Shown here in pieces: positions 38,372 to 48,684 of a stretch of 64,000 nt of DNA. The notes under the pieces are model-generated. The model did no database searches, had not been told where the DNA came from, and saw only the letters and a program-made list of their open reading frames with translations. The stretch is from Patescibacteria group bacterium. Lineage in GTDB: Bacteria; Patescibacteriota; Microgenomatia; UBA10105; UBA927. Each line of letters opens with the position of its first letter. The stretch's first letter is position 1. Position numbers and translations under genes: made by a program. The DNA is taken from assembly GCA_018821245.1 (NCBI GenBank), contig JAHJMO010000002.1:9231-73230 (forward strand), written 5' to 3'.

Positions 38372-38869
38372 TCATATATTGTAGTCTTTTTCAATAATTT
38401 CGTCAACGACACCATCAATAATATCAAAAGAGAAGCCTCGACGCGCCAAATAGTCGCGCAGTTTGTTTTTTTGAGACATTTTCGGCATATGCCGATATGC
38501 GGATATTCTCTTGTCCGCAAGCCGCCGGGCCGCCTGTCGTTCATCCCCGACACTTCCCTCAAGTAACGAAGTGATAAGATTCCGACTGATACCTTTCTCC
38601 TGAAGCTCGTGCTGGATACTGTAGCTTCCTTTTGGCTTAGCTCCATACCTTTGCTTTATCCACCACTCGGCAAACTCGCCATCGTTGATATATCCCAGCT
38701 CCTCAAGACGAACAATAACAGTTTCAAGAAGGTTTTCGTCCTCTACGCGACATTTTTGAAGTTTTTTGCGCAATTTATCTTCTAACTCTTTCTTACTCCT
38801 GGGACGCAACGAAAGCAAACGAAATGCTGTATCAAGAAGAATCTGATATGTTTCCCGATCTTCCGGCAT
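38372..38869 (-). CDS. recX: Regulatory protein RecX
   Basis: LLSLRPRSKKEL, GYIND..FA, YLARRGF; downstream of recA. Confidence 0.9.
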   Translation of the reverse strand: MPEDRETYQILLDTAFRLLSLRPRSKKELEDKLRKKLQKCRVEDENLLETVIVRLEELGYINDGEFAEWWIKQRYGAKPKGSYSIQHELQEKGISRNLITSLLEGSVGDERQAARRLADKRISAYRHMPKMSQKNKLRDYLARRGFSFDIIDGVVDEIIEKDYNI

Positions 38870-38887
38870 GGTTGAATGAGGATATTG

Positions 38888-39925
38888 CTACTCTCGGTTA
38901 GAGGCGCCCTTCGTCAGCTTTGCTTGCGCCTGGCCGGAGCGTACGGCTTTCCAGATGGACTCCTTAATTTCTTTTTCCAATTTCGCGTTCTCCCGAAGAT
39001 ACATCTTTGCCGCCTCCCGACCCTGCCCGAGCATTTGTTGCCCGTATTTCAAGAAAGCACCGGATTTCGTCAATAACCCAAACTCAAGCCCCACATCTAT
39101 AAGCCCGCCCTCTTTCGAAATCCCATCGTGCATAACATCAAATTCTGCAATACGAAACGGAGGGGCGACTTTGTTTTTCACCACCCTGATCCTGTGGCGG
39201 CTTCCTATGAAGCGATCTCCGTCTTTGAGCGTCTCGATTTTCCGGGAATCCATGCGGATACTTGCGTAAAACTTAAGCGCCAGGCCTCCCGGCGTAGTCT
39301 CGGGATTGCCGAACATGACGCCGATTTTCTGACGCAATTGGTTAGTGAACATAACAACTGTCTTTGATTTAGAAATGACTGCGGTAAGTTTGCGCAAGGC
39401 CTGCGACATAAGCCGCGCCTGAACACCGATGATACTATCCCCCATCTCTCCCTCTATTTCTGCCCGCGGTACCAAGGCGGCAACGGAGTCGATGACGATG
39501 ACATCCACTCCTCCGCTTCTGATCAATGTTTCAGCAATCTCCAATGCCTGCTCTCCTGTATCCGGCTGAGAAATGAGAAGATCATCGAGCTTGACTCCTA
39601 ACACCTGCGCCCATGAAGGATCAAGAGCATGCTCCGCATCAATGAAGGCGGCTATCCCTCCAGTCTTTTGTGCTTCCGCAATAACGGAGAGACATACCGT
39701 CGTTTTCCCCGACGCTTCGGGGCCGTAAATTTCCACGACCCTCCCGCACGGAATTCCTCCAACTCCCAACGCCAAATCCAAGGGGAGAATCCCTGAAGAT
39801 ATCACATCGATGGATGTTTTGCCGGAGATTTTTTCTCCAAGCTTCATGATCGCCCCTTTTCCATACTGCTTCTCGATTTGCTCCATCGCAATTCTGATGG
39901 CTGATAATTTTGCGTCTTGCGACAT
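38888..39925 (-). CDS. recA: Recombinase RecA
   Basis: [28 protein letters not shown]; start MSQDAK after SD AAGGAG. Confidence 0.98.
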   Translation of the reverse strand: MSQDAKLSAIRIAMEQIEKQYGKGAIMKLGEKISGKTSIDVISSGILPLDLALGVGGIPCGRVVEIYGPEASGKTTVCLSVIAEAQKTGGIAAFIDAEHALDPSWAQVLGVKLDDLLISQPDTGEQALEIAETLIRSGGVDVIVIDSVAALVPRAEIEGEMGDSIIGVQARLMSQALRKLTAVISKSKTVVMFTNQLRQKIGVMFGNPETTPGGLALKFYASIRMDSRKIETLKDGDRFIGSRHRIRVVKNKVAPPFRIAEFDVMHDGISKEGGLIDVGLEFGLLTKSGAFLKYGQQMLGQGREAAKMYLRENAKLEKEIKESIWKAVRSGQAQAKLTKGASNRE

Positions 39926-40006
39926 ATGGGTCTCCTTTCGATGGGCATTAAAATTCATCCCATTCTTACACAAAAAATGGTAGAATACAAGGGAGAAGCT
40001 TAGTTG

Positions 40007-40083
40007 CGGGGTGTGGCGCAATTGGCTAGCGCATTCGCATGGGGTGCGAAAGGTTGCTCGTTCAAGTCGAGTCACCCCGACCA
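40007..40083 (+). tRNA. tRNA-Pro(GGG)
   Basis: Acceptor CGGGGTG/CACCCCG, anticodon arm TTCGC-ATGGGGT-GCGAA, encoded CCA. Confidence 0.95.
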
Positions 40084-40266
40084 ACTTTCCAGTGTAAAGG
40101 CTTAAAGGTTGCTCGTTTCCCGCAAAGCGGGACAAGTTTACCCCGTATAGGCGCTCTTCCGAGGCCCCGCTAAGCGGGGCGAGGAAGTAAGGTTTATACT
40201 GGGGTCGAGTCACCCCGACCAAGTTTCCGGTGTAAAGGTTTAGAGGTTGCTCGTTTCCCGCTAAGC
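40066..40266 (+). repeat. Tandem duplications of the tRNA-Pro 3' half with nested hairpin insertions
   Basis: gtcgagtcaccccgaccaa.tttcc.gtgtaaagg.tta.aggttgctcgtttcccgc.aagc at ~40066 and ~40204. Confidence 0.9.
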
Positions 40267-40570
40267 AAGATCCACGATACCGAGGTGCAAAACTAGTCCA
40301 TTCCTTTCACCCTCAAATTATGTACTTTTACACCTGCGGCCGCATGTCTGATTTTACATATTGCACATTAAAGACTTGCCCTATTGCCTTATATCGGGCC
40401 TATATCGACCATATCTGCACAATTCATCCGATCCGCATAATTCCCGAGGCGCAAAGCTAACCCATACCTAAAATATCATTCGCATAATATGCACGCTTAA
40501 CAAAAATTGTGGGAAGGAAGATGTTAGAAGCTAGTTAATCCGGGAGTGATTAGTTTGGGTCGAGAAATAA

Positions 40571-41239
40571 TTAATATTTGCAGGTGGCGGCGCGGGTGAA
40601 GCCGGCGGCAAGAGCTTCTTTTTCCGTACAAAACCATTGTTCGCCTATGTCCTCTTCCACAATGGTAAACGCATACTGAGCGCAGCCCGAAATATAATAA
40701 AGGTGCGTATCTGTGGATTTATCGATATTGCCTTTGATCAAACACTTCGGATTTTTGCTGTTGGTCGTTGACTGGCAGGCACCGTAAATACCACGCTTCT
40801 CCTGACGGGCCAGATCACTTGCTGCTTTTACTTCTTCCGTTACGGCAGAATTGTCATGATGATACCGGACCCAGCCGGAAGCTAACATTTCTTTGTTGAT
40901 AAGCGTACTTCCAACATACACCAGCGCCATGCCCCTGCCGTACGTATCCGGTATGGTTTCTTCGATGCGGACGGATTTCCCCATCACAAGATTTTCTAAC
41001 TCCCTGGTAGCCTGATCATACCCACACAAACCCTTTTCCGGCGCATCCACGTACCGCAGGCGCACACGGGACTTGCCTTCAAGAACGACTGTGTCGCCGT
41101 CTATCACACCGATAACAACTACTCCAGAGTTTGAAGAAAGTCGTGCTTGATATAACAAAACGAAATTCAAAATAATCGAGGGGATAAGAAAAAGAATGGG
41201 AAGATATTTGGATATGTGCAACTTCCTGAAGCTTGCCAT
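40571..41239 (-). CDS. Thermonuclease (SNase) family protein
   Basis: VIDGDT, VRLRYVDAPE, DTYGR, C-terminal C.IKGNI...WFCTEKEA..AGF. Confidence 0.9.
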   Translation of the reverse strand: MASFRKLHISKYLPILFLIPSIILNFVLLYQARLSSNSGVVVIGVIDGDTVVLEGKSRVRLRYVDAPEKGLCGYDQATRELENLVMGKSVRIEETIPDTYGRGMALVYVGSTLINKEMLASGWVRYHHDNSAVTEEVKAASDLARQEKRGIYGACQSTTNSKNPKCLIKGNIDKSTDTHLYYISGCAQYAFTIVEEDIGEQWFCTEKEALAAGFTRAATCKY

Positions 41240-41265
41240 ATCTCCATTATAGAGGATTTTTGAAA

Positions 41266-41739
41266 TTACCGTTTCGGACTTTGTTTGCGCGCTCTTGCTT
41301 TCCCGGCGAAACCGGCTTTGCGGCGCTCTTTGATACGCGAGTCACGGGTCAGAAATCCGCGCTTTTTCAATATTGGACGGAATCTTTCTTTGTCTACCTT
41401 TTCCAAAGCCCGCGATATTCCCAATACGACAGCGCCAAGCTGTCCCACAAGACCGCCGCCATTTGTTTTTATGCTTACCGTAAATCGACCAAGCGTATTG
41501 GTGGTTCTGAATGGCTCCTGGTATATCTTCTTATATACCTCACCGGGAAAATATTGCGCCATATCCTTCCCATTGGCAACCATATCGCCTTTCGACAGCG
41601 TTGCTTCACCGATTGTTGCCGGTTTATCCGAAACAACATACAGCCTGACCCTCGCGCTTGACTCCTTGCGCCTGCCAACAGCCTCGTAATACGAAACTGG
41701 TGCTTTTGTTGTTTTTTTTATAGATTTTTTTTCAATCAT
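41266..41739 (-). CDS. rpsI: 30S ribosomal protein S9
   Basis: GRRKESSARV, LTRDSRIKERRK, QSPKR. Confidence 0.97.
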   Translation of the reverse strand: MIEKKSIKKTTKAPVSYYEAVGRRKESSARVRLYVVSDKPATIGEATLSKGDMVANGKDMAQYFPGEVYKKIYQEPFRTTNTLGRFTVSIKTNGGGLVGQLGAVVLGISRALEKVDKERFRPILKKRGFLTRDSRIKERRKAGFAGKARARKQSPKR

Positions 41740-42158
41740 ACGTTAAATTTATTTTTATAAGGATGTTCTGCTTCGGGATAAACATACAACCTGGTAATAA
41801 ATCTGTCCCTCAATTTATTTTTCGGAAGCATACCGTACACTGAGTGTCTCACTACTTCTTCCGGCTTCTCCTGACGCATCTGCCAAAGCGCTTTCTGTTT
41901 GAGCCCTCCCGGGTGTCCTGAATAAACCCCATACATCTTCTGTTTTTCTTTTTTTCCGGTTGTTACTATGTGGCGCGCATTTATCACAACGACATGATCG
42001 CCGCAATCCAAATGCCGGACAAAATACGGCTTGGCTTTACCTGTTAGTTTATGCGCAATTTCCGTCGCTGCCCTCCCTAATATTTTGCCGTCTACATTTA
42101 CAATGTGCCATATACGCACTATCTGTGATTGTTTCGTGGATTTTGTCTGATCTTCCAT
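41736..42158 (-). CDS. rplM: 50S ribosomal protein L13
   Basis: GKILGRAATEIA, GDHVVVINA, GMLPKN. Confidence 0.97.
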   Translation of the reverse strand: MEDQTKSTKQSQIVRIWHIVNVDGKILGRAATEIAHKLTGKAKPYFVRHLDCGDHVVVINARHIVTTGKKEKQKMYGVYSGHPGGLKQKALWQMRQEKPEEVVRHSVYGMLPKNKLRDRFITRLYVYPEAEHPYKNKFNV

Positions 42159-42161
42159 ATA

Positions 42162-42584
42162 TTATTTTTTCTTCACTGATATTTTGGGCTGCTTCTCTTC
42201 CTGCTTTTGCGTGACGGGAGGAGGTGGTGCCTCATCAACAAAGGAAAAGAGAACCGTCTCCGCCGCGTCTCCTTTGCGCCGGCCTAATTTTATTATTCTC
42301 GTGTATCCGCTTGTCCGGGAGACAAAGCGTGTTTTGGACAACAGCATAAGCTGTTTTATGCTTTGTGTGTCGGACAAAACCCGTTTTATCTTTTGTCTTC
42401 CGCCGGACGCACTACCTTTGGCTTGAGTGATGAGGTGCTCAATCATTGGTTGCACTGCTTTGGCTTTGGCTAACGTTGTCTTGACAAATCCATGACGCAT
42501 GAGGTCTTTTACAAGACCCATGAATAATCTGCGTCTTTCGTTTTTCGTCCGTGATAATTTTCTACCGAATACGTTGTGCCTCAT
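42162..42584 (-). CDS. rplQ: 50S ribosomal protein L17
   Basis: MRHNVFGRKLSR, GYTRIIK. Confidence 0.96.
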   Translation of the reverse strand: MRHNVFGRKLSRTKNERRRLFMGLVKDLMRHGFVKTTLAKAKAVQPMIEHLITQAKGSASGGRQKIKRVLSDTQSIKQLMLLSKTRFVSRTSGYTRIIKLGRRKGDAAETVLFSFVDEAPPPPVTQKQEEKQPKISVKKK

Positions 42585-43501
42585 ACCGTCAGAGCTACTC
42601 CCTTTTCCCTCAATTTTTCTTCCGCTACTGCCAGCGACTTCGTCCCGAGATTCTTAATTTTCATAAGTCCCGTGCGCGGCGTCCCCAAGAGTTGCCCGAT
42701 AGTCTCTATCCCACCCTTTGCCAATGCGTTCACAATTCGGGTGGGAATATCCAGCTCCTCTATCCGCATTTTCAAGACTTCGTCAGAAATGGCCGGCGCT
42801 TCCGCAATTCCCTCATCAACGCTTTTTGCCTTGGGTTCAACAATCTGCAAAAAGTACGATATTAAAATCTTTGCGCTTCGCTTCAACGCCTCCAAAGGTG
42901 CAATCGTCGCATCTGTCCATATCTCAAGTACCAATCGATCCAGGTTTGTCATACGGCCAACACGGGTAGATTCAATACGATAATTTACGCGCACAACCGG
43001 TGAAAAAAGCGCATCCATCGGAATTCTCCCGACTTCTCCAAACTTCTTTTCATCAGCCTGTACGTACCCGTATCCCTTATCTACTGTACATGTCATTTCT
43101 ATCGCTGACTTTTTATCAGCCAATGTACCTAACACGAGATCAGGATTTGTAATCGTAACTCCAGCCGACACCTGTATATCCCCGGCGACAATTTGACATG
43201 GTCCTTTTTGGGATAGAGTTAACGTCGCGCTCTCAACATCTTCAAGGATAAGCCTCACTTTCTTGAGATTCATAATGAACTCTACAATATCCTCTTTCAA
43301 ACCCGCTATTGTGGAAAATTGATGCTGTACTCCTTCTATTTTTACAGAAGTAAGCGCTGCACCCGGAAGAGAAGACAACAGCACGCGGCGCAAGCTGTTG
43401 CCGAGGGTATGCCCATATCCCTGCTCCAACGGCTCTATGACAAACATACCGTATCCTGGTTTTTCTACTTCGGTTTTTATTTGAAAATTTGGATCAATCA
43501 T
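42581..43501 (-). CDS. rpoA: RNA polymerase subunit alpha
   Basis: EPLEQGYGHTLGNSLRRVLLS, DALFSPV. Confidence 0.98.
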   Translation of the reverse strand: MIDPNFQIKTEVEKPGYGMFVIEPLEQGYGHTLGNSLRRVLLSSLPGAALTSVKIEGVQHQFSTIAGLKEDIVEFIMNLKKVRLILEDVESATLTLSQKGPCQIVAGDIQVSAGVTITNPDLVLGTLADKKSAIEMTCTVDKGYGYVQADEKKFGEVGRIPMDALFSPVVRVNYRIESTRVGRMTNLDRLVLEIWTDATIAPLEALKRSAKILISYFLQIVEPKAKSVDEGIAEAPAISDEVLKMRIEELDIPTRIVNALAKGGIETIGQLLGTPRTGLMKIKNLGTKSLAVAEEKLREKGVALTV

Positions 43502-43516
43502 ACTGCCTCCTTTTCT

Positions 43517-44140
43517 CTAACGAGAATAATATTCTACGATAAGCTGTTCATGTATGTCTTCCTGTATGTCCGAGCGCTGAGGCAAACGCACTACTCGGCC
43601 TGCAGGGCCCTTGCGCTCTATCCATTCCGGTACCGAAGGCTTGTCCTCTTGTAACAACTTTTTCACTGCCGGTATTTCCATTCCTTTTGACTTCAGCGTG
43701 ATGACGCAACCAGCATCAACCAGAAGTGACGGTATAGTTATTTTTTTGCCGTCAGCCATAACGTGACCGTGAGACACTAATTGACGGGCGCTTGCTCGTG
43801 TCGGAGCAAGTTCCATGCGATAGACGGTGTTATCGATTCTGCGTTCAAGAAATTGCAGGAGCATGTCTCCGGTATTCCCTTTCCATTTTTTTGCGTGTAC
43901 TACATATTTACGGAATTGGCGCTCCAAAACTCCATAAATCCTTTTCACTTTTTGCTTCTCCCTAAGCTGCTCTCCAAATCCTGATACCTTCCTGCGCCTG
44001 CCTTTGGGCCCATGCATCCCGGGCGGCACATTCAGTCTTCGCAGAAGACTGGCATGCGCTCGCGATCCAACGGTTTTTAAGCCGAGATCGATACCCTCTC
44101 TTCTGGCGATTCTATTTTTTGGTCCTGTATAACGAGCCAT
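43517..44140 (-). CDS. rpsD: 30S ribosomal protein S4
   Basis: MARYTGPK, QLREKQK, LIVEYYSR. Confidence 0.97.
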   Translation of the reverse strand: MARYTGPKNRIARREGIDLGLKTVGSRAHASLLRRLNVPPGMHGPKGRRRKVSGFGEQLREKQKVKRIYGVLERQFRKYVVHAKKWKGNTGDMLLQFLERRIDNTVYRMELAPTRASARQLVSHGHVMADGKKITIPSLLVDAGCVITLKSKGMEIPAVKKLLQEDKPSVPEWIERKGPAGRVVRLPQRSDIQEDIHEQLIVEYYSR

Positions 44141-44141
44141 A

Positions 44142-44513
44142 TTAAACCCTTCTTTTTTTCTTGGGACGGACTCCATTGTGCGGAATCGGCGTCACGTCTG
44201 CAATAAGAGTAATACCAAGGCCGACGGATTTTAATGCACGCAAAGCCGCGTCTCTTCCTGCTCCGGGTCCTTTTATGTATACTTCAACCTGTCTCATGCC
44301 GGCAGCTTGCGCTTTGCGTGCTACAGTTTCTGCCGCGGTTGTTGCGGCATATGGAGTGGATTTTCTGGCACCTTTAAACCCGACAAGGCCGCAGGACGCC
44401 CAATAAAGAGTATTCCCCTCCTCGTCCGTAATGGTTACCAGCGTGTTATTGAAGGTGGCGGTAATATACACCCTTCCTTTTTCTACAAACCGTTTTATTT
44501 TTTTTGCAGCCAT
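44142..44513 (-). CDS. rpsK: 30S ribosomal protein S11
   Basis: [22 protein letters not shown]. Confidence 0.98.
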   Translation of the reverse strand: MAAKKIKRFVEKGRVYITATFNNTLVTITDEEGNTLYWASCGLVGFKGARKSTPYAATTAAETVARKAQAAGMRQVEVYIKGPGAGRDAALRALKSVGLGITLIADVTPIPHNGVRPKKKRRV

Positions 44514-44534
44514 ATGATAGTCAATATATATTTT

Positions 44535-44951
44535 TTACTCTTTTGCGGTCGATGTTTCTTTTGTCTGCTGCTTGGCTCTGTCTTCCTTCTTCAGCGCTCC
44601 TACTGTCAGACGCTTACCTCTCCTTGTACGGGCATTGGATCTTGTGCGTTGGCCCCTGACAGGCAGCTTCCGAAGGTGACGAAGCCCCCGATACGAACGA
44701 ATCTCCGTTAATCTTTTGATATTTTCTGTTACTTGACGCCTGAGATCTCCTTCTGTCACAAATTTCTTCTCAATAACTTTTGAGACTTTATTTACTTCTT
44801 CATCGGTAAGAGTGTTTACCCGTCTCCCGCCGTCTATACCTGCCTCTTTTAGTATGAACGGCACGCTTGACCTTCCTATGCCATAAACGTAGGTAAGAGC
44901 TATATCTAACCGCTTCTCGCTTGGTATGTCTACTCCGACGATACGAACCAT
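44535..44951 (-). CDS. rpsM: 30S ribosomal protein S13
   Basis: [23 protein letters not shown]. Confidence 0.98.
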   Translation of the reverse strand: MVRIVGVDIPSEKRLDIALTYVYGIGRSSVPFILKEAGIDGGRRVNTLTDEEVNKVSKVIEKKFVTEGDLRRQVTENIKRLTEIRSYRGLRHLRKLPVRGQRTRSNARTRRGKRLTVGALKKEDRAKQQTKETSTAKE

Positions 44952-44966
44952 ATGATTAGTTATTAG

Positions 44967-45080
44967 TTATCCTTGTCTTTGTTTGTGTTTCGGATTCTCA
45001 CAAACAACGCACACCCGTCCGCGCCTGCGGACTATTTTACATTTTTTGCATATTTGCTTAACACTTGCCCGCACTTTCAT
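44967..45080 (-). CDS. rpmJ: 50S ribosomal protein L36
   Basis: Manual translation [37 protein letters not shown]. Confidence 0.96.
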   Translation of the reverse strand: MKVRASVKQICKKCKIVRRRGRVCVVCENPKHKQRQG

Positions 45081-45084
45081 ATAT

Positions 45085-45303
45085 CTATTTCACCCTATAC
45101 GTGATCCTTCCTTTTGTAGCATCATACGGCGACATTTCTAATTGCACCTGGTCTCCCGGCATAATACGGATAAAATGCAAACGCATTTTTCCGGATAAAT
45201 GACACAAAACTATCCTCCCGTTTGAAAGCTTCACCCGAAATAATGTATTAGGCAGACATTCAACTACCTGACCTTCAACTTCTATGTTTCCCTGGTGCGT
45301 CAT
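45085..45303 (-). CDS. infA: Translation initiation factor IF-1
   Basis: [28 protein letters not shown]. Confidence 0.97.
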   Translation of the reverse strand: MTHQGNIEVEGQVVECLPNTLFRVKLSNGRIVLCHLSGKMRLHFIRIMPGDQVQLEMSPYDATKGRITYRVK

Positions 45304-45425
45304 ACTATCGTTAACAAATCATCAGCTTTCAGGCAAGCCATACCACGAAAAAACAACGGGGCACATCCTTGATCGCCGATTGGCGAATCGGGACCCCCGG
45401 TGTTACGTTTGCCTATTGTAGCGTA

Positions 45426-46208
45426 TTACGATCGTTTGGTCAATATAATCGAGTTTCTACCGTTTACTGCTATTGTATGCTCAAAAACCGCTGACGGTGA
45501 TCTATCCTTTGTCGTAATTGACCACCCATCTTTGTTCTCATATATTACAGATGGTTTCCCCAGAGCGTAGATGACTTCTATGGCCAATGTCATTCCTTCC
45601 AAAAGAACCGGCGTTGACTCAATTGGACCTTTCATAACCCCGGGTATCTGCGGATCTTCATGAAGGACTCTGCCGATGCCGTGTCCAACGAGCGTCCTGA
45701 CGACGCTATACCCTGATGATTCGATAGTCGATTGAATAGCACTTGAAATATGCCCAACTCTGCTTCCGGCTCTGGCTGAACTGATTGCTTTAGCAAGCGC
45801 CTCTTCACCGACCTGCAGGAATCGTACTTTTTCGTCTCTTTCCCGATTCCCGATTCCCGATTCCCGATTCCCGATTATCTTTGTCCACGCAGTATCTGTG
45901 TGGAACCCCCCATACAGCATCCCGATGTCTATCGTCAGAATATCTCCGTCTTTGGGGACGTACTCACTCGGCACGCCGTGCACTACTACATCATTGACGC
46001 ATAAACAGGTCGCCCAACGATATCCTGAAACAGTCTGAAATGAAGGAGTCCCGCCGGATTCTTTGATCAACTTCTGTGCCTCTTGTTCAATATGATTAAG
46101 CGTAACACCCACGGACGCAATGTCCGATAGATGGGTAAGAATAGAGCCGAGTTTGCGGCCGCCCTCTGCCATCACGGCGATTTCGCTCTCAGTCTTTATT
46201 TGAATCAT
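45426..46208 (-). CDS. map: Methionine aminopeptidase type I
   Basis: VNDVVVHGVP, DIG...TDTA, GHGIG..LHEDP, FEHT. Confidence 0.95.
   Translation of the reverse strand: MIQIKTESEIAVMAEGGRKLGSILTHLSDIASVGVTLNHIEQEAQKLIKESGGTPSFQTVSGYRWATCLCVNDVVVHGVPSEYVPKDGDILTIDIGMLYGGFHTDTAWTKIIGNRESGIGNRERDEKVRFLQVGEEALAKAISSARAGSRVGHISSAIQSTIESSGYSVVRTLVGHGIGRVLHEDPQIPGVMKGPIESTPVLLEGMTLAIEVIYALGKPSVIYENKDGWSITTKDRSPSAVFEHTIAVNGRNSIILTKRS
45841..45875. repeat. (TCCCGAT)5 heptamer array inside map
   Basis: Five perfect copies, encoding IGNRESGIGNRE. Confidence 0.95.
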
Positions 46209-46758
46209 AAACACGTGTCAAAACTCTTTCCAGATTTTTGTACAAGCTATCCAGGCCTGATTCATTAACGACAATGTAATCTGCCATTGCGATAGGACCC
46301 CCTTTGTTCAAATTCTCTATCTCTGCGAAATCCCGACTTGACGATTCCTGCCGGGTTAATGTCCTTATCGGGCGCTCGGATAATCGTTTATACCGCAAAA
46401 GGGGGTTGGCATAAATACAAAGCAGTTTCAAAAAAGGAAATTTATGCTTGAGATATATATACTCTTCCCAGCTATATAATCCGTCAAGAACTATCAGGGA
46501 ATGCTGTTTTGCTTCTTTATGAATACGGGGTTCGATCTTTATCGCCATGGCTGCCATTTCAAGATCTTTCCGTAACTTTTCTCTGTACCATCGTTCGTTT
46601 GTTTCGTTTCGTTGTAGCCCGTGCTCTTTCAATCCAATGTCTACCTGATCTCCAAATCGTAATACCTGTATCTTCTTGTCTCTAAAAAATCCTGCTGCCA
46701 TGCTTTTCCCTGCTCCGGGCATACCGACAATAGCGATAATAGTGAGCTTGGGTTTCAT
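46189..46758 (-). CDS. P-loop kinase (UPF0200 / dephospho-CoA kinase-like)
   Basis: VGMPGAGKS, IVLDGLYSWEE, RYKRL..R, IAMADYIVVN. Confidence 0.75.
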   Translation of the reverse strand: MKPKLTIIAIVGMPGAGKSMAAGFFRDKKIQVLRFGDQVDIGLKEHGLQRNETNERWYREKLRKDLEMAAMAIKIEPRIHKEAKQHSLIVLDGLYSWEEYIYLKHKFPFLKLLCIYANPLLRYKRLSERPIRTLTRQESSSRDFAEIENLNKGGPIAMADYIVVNESGLDSLYKNLERVLTRVYDSNKD

Positions 46759-47333
46759 GCTGGTATATGCGACATGATGTCCTGATGCACGACATCTATC
46801 GGCCGTTCGCCGTTGATCTCTATAAGAACACCTTTCGCTCGATAGTATTCAAGCACTTCCTGCTCACCCCCCTGGTAAATGGAAAGCCGCTGGCTGATGC
46901 GATCCGGTGAATCATGAAGTACGTCACTTCCGGAGTGCAGTGGACGGGCGCGCGCAATCAGACGCTTCATCGATTCTTCCTCGCTTATCTTCAGATAGAT
47001 CACCGCGTCTACTTTATACCCGTATTTGTCCAACTTATCACCCAAAAATTTGGCCTGCTCAACCTTTCGGGGGAATCCGTCCATAATCCAATCGTTTTGC
47101 GCATCATCTTCTTTAAGTCTCCACTTCCAAAGAACAAACATTTCGCTATCGGCAACATATTTCCCCTCCGATAATGCCTGCCTGCACACTTCTCCGATGA
47201 TGCCTTTATCGTTGGCTGCAGCTGTCCTGACTAAATCCCCCGATGTAAGAATTGGCGTGCGCAGCTTATCACTTAATAATTTTGCCTGCGTGCCTTTACC
47301 AGAACCTTCCGGACCATAAAAAACAATGTGCAT
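46755..47333 (-). CDS. adk: Adenylate kinase
   Basis: GPEGSGKGTQA, SGDLVR, DGFPR; follows secY. Confidence 0.9.
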   Translation of the reverse strand: MHIVFYGPEGSGKGTQAKLLSDKLRTPILTSGDLVRTAAANDKGIIGEVCRQALSEGKYVADSEMFVLWKWRLKEDDAQNDWIMDGFPRKVEQAKFLGDKLDKYGYKVDAVIYLKISEEESMKRLIARARPLHSGSDVLHDSPDRISQRLSIYQGGEQEVLEYYRAKGVLIEINGERPIDVVHQDIMSHIPA

Positions 47334-47391
47334 ATGAAAAACTTAACACATTTGTCTAATCGGACACATGGGTCAAATTAGTCAAATGTGC

Positions 47392-48684
47392 TTACTCCTT
47401 TAAAAATCCTTCGTAATTCCTCATCACCAATTGAGCTTCTAAGGCTTTTACCGTCTCTAACACCACCGACACTACTATAAGCATGCCCGTCCCGCCAATA
47501 AGAAATGTGGAGATTCCGGTAATACCTCTGCCCACTGAAGGAAATATGGCAATAAAGCCCAAAAATAGCGCTCCAGCAAGCGTAATGCGCGTCAGAATAT
47601 AATTAAGATATGAAGCAGTAGGAGTCCCGGGTCGGATACCGGGAATAAATCCGCCGTACTTTTGAATTTCACCGGCGATCTTTGTAGGGTTAAACGTTAC
47701 TGCTGTATAAAAATATGTAAAGCCCAACACTAAAAGAAAATACATACCATTGTAAAAAATGCCGTCTGGGTTAAAAGCAGAAGTCAACAGTCGTCCGACA
47801 GTCATCGCTATCGAAGAAGTCTGAAGCTGTTGTAAAAATCCACCGATCAATGAAGGAAGCAATACTAAAGAAACTGCAAAGATAATAGGAATTACTCCGG
47901 CTTGGTTTATGCGAAGCGGCAGATAGGAAACGTTCCCTCCGAGCATTTTGTTCCCCCTGATGCGACGCGCGTAATGCACAGGGATCCGACGCACAGCTTC
48001 GTTCACGTACACGGTAGCGCAAATCACCGTAATTGCCATAATGACAAAAAGTATAAGATTGGTCACGCCCTCCGGCTCAAGAACACTTGCAGTACGCCCC
48101 AACACCACAGGAAGCCTTCCTACGATACCAACAAATATGAGAAGTGATATTCCGTTTCCTATACCGTACTCCGTCACGAGTTCACCGAACCACATCACCA
48201 AAAGCGTTCCCGCTGTCATCGTGATAATCATCGAAACAATGATCAAGGGATCCATTGCCGTAACAATTCCCTGATTCTTCAGAAGCGCGATCATGCCGAT
48301 AGATTGAACTGCCGCCAGCGGTACGGTAAGCAACCGTGAATACTGATTGATTTTTTCTCTACCGTACTCACCTTCTTTAGAAAGTTCTTCGAGTTTGGGA
48401 AAAACAATAGTCAAAAGCTGAAAAATGATTGTTGCGTTGATATAAGGGTTAAGCCCTAAGGCCATAATCGAAAAATTCACCAGCGTTCCTCCGGAAAATA
48501 TATCCAAAAGCCCTAAAAACTGGTTTTGAGCAAACAATAAGGCCATTTTCGCCCTATCGACGCCGGGGAGAGGAATATGCGCAAAAATTCGAAACACGAC
48601 AAATATAAGAACTGTCACTATGATCTTCTTTCGGAGCTCCGGACTTTTCCAGCTGTTAACGATAGGCGATAACAATCGATTCAT
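47392..48684 (-). CDS. secY: Preprotein translocase SecY
   Basis: [32 protein letters not shown]. Confidence 0.98.
   Translation of the reverse strand: MNRLLSPIVNSWKSPELRKKIIVTVLIFVVFRIFAHIPLPGVDRAKMALLFAQNQFLGLLDIFSGGTLVNFSIMALGLNPYINATIIFQLLTIVFPKLEELSKEGEYGREKINQYSRLLTVPLAAVQSIGMIALLKNQGIVTAMDPLIIVSMIITMTAGTLLVMWFGELVTEYGIGNGISLLIFVGIVGRLPVVLGRTASVLEPEGVTNLILFVIMAITVICATVYVNEAVRRIPVHYARRIRGNKMLGGNVSYLPLRINQAGVIPIIFAVSLVLLPSLIGGFLQQLQTSSIAMTVGRLLTSAFNPDGIFYNGMYFLLVLGFTYFYTAVTFNPTKIAGEIQKYGGFIPGIRPGTPTASYLNYILTRITLAGALFLGFIAIFPSVGRGITGISTFLIGGTGMLIVVSVVLETVKALEAQLVMRNYEGFLKE

Noticed and set aside
39926-40222. N-terminal extension of RecA (444-aa ORF)
   Set aside because: The extension is antisense to tRNA-Pro and its repeats; an SD-preceded ATG at 39925 gives a normal RecA.
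40084-41239. Intact prophage or integrative element at tRNA-Pro
   Set aside because: No integrase or phage genes; only att-like duplications and one nuclease gene.
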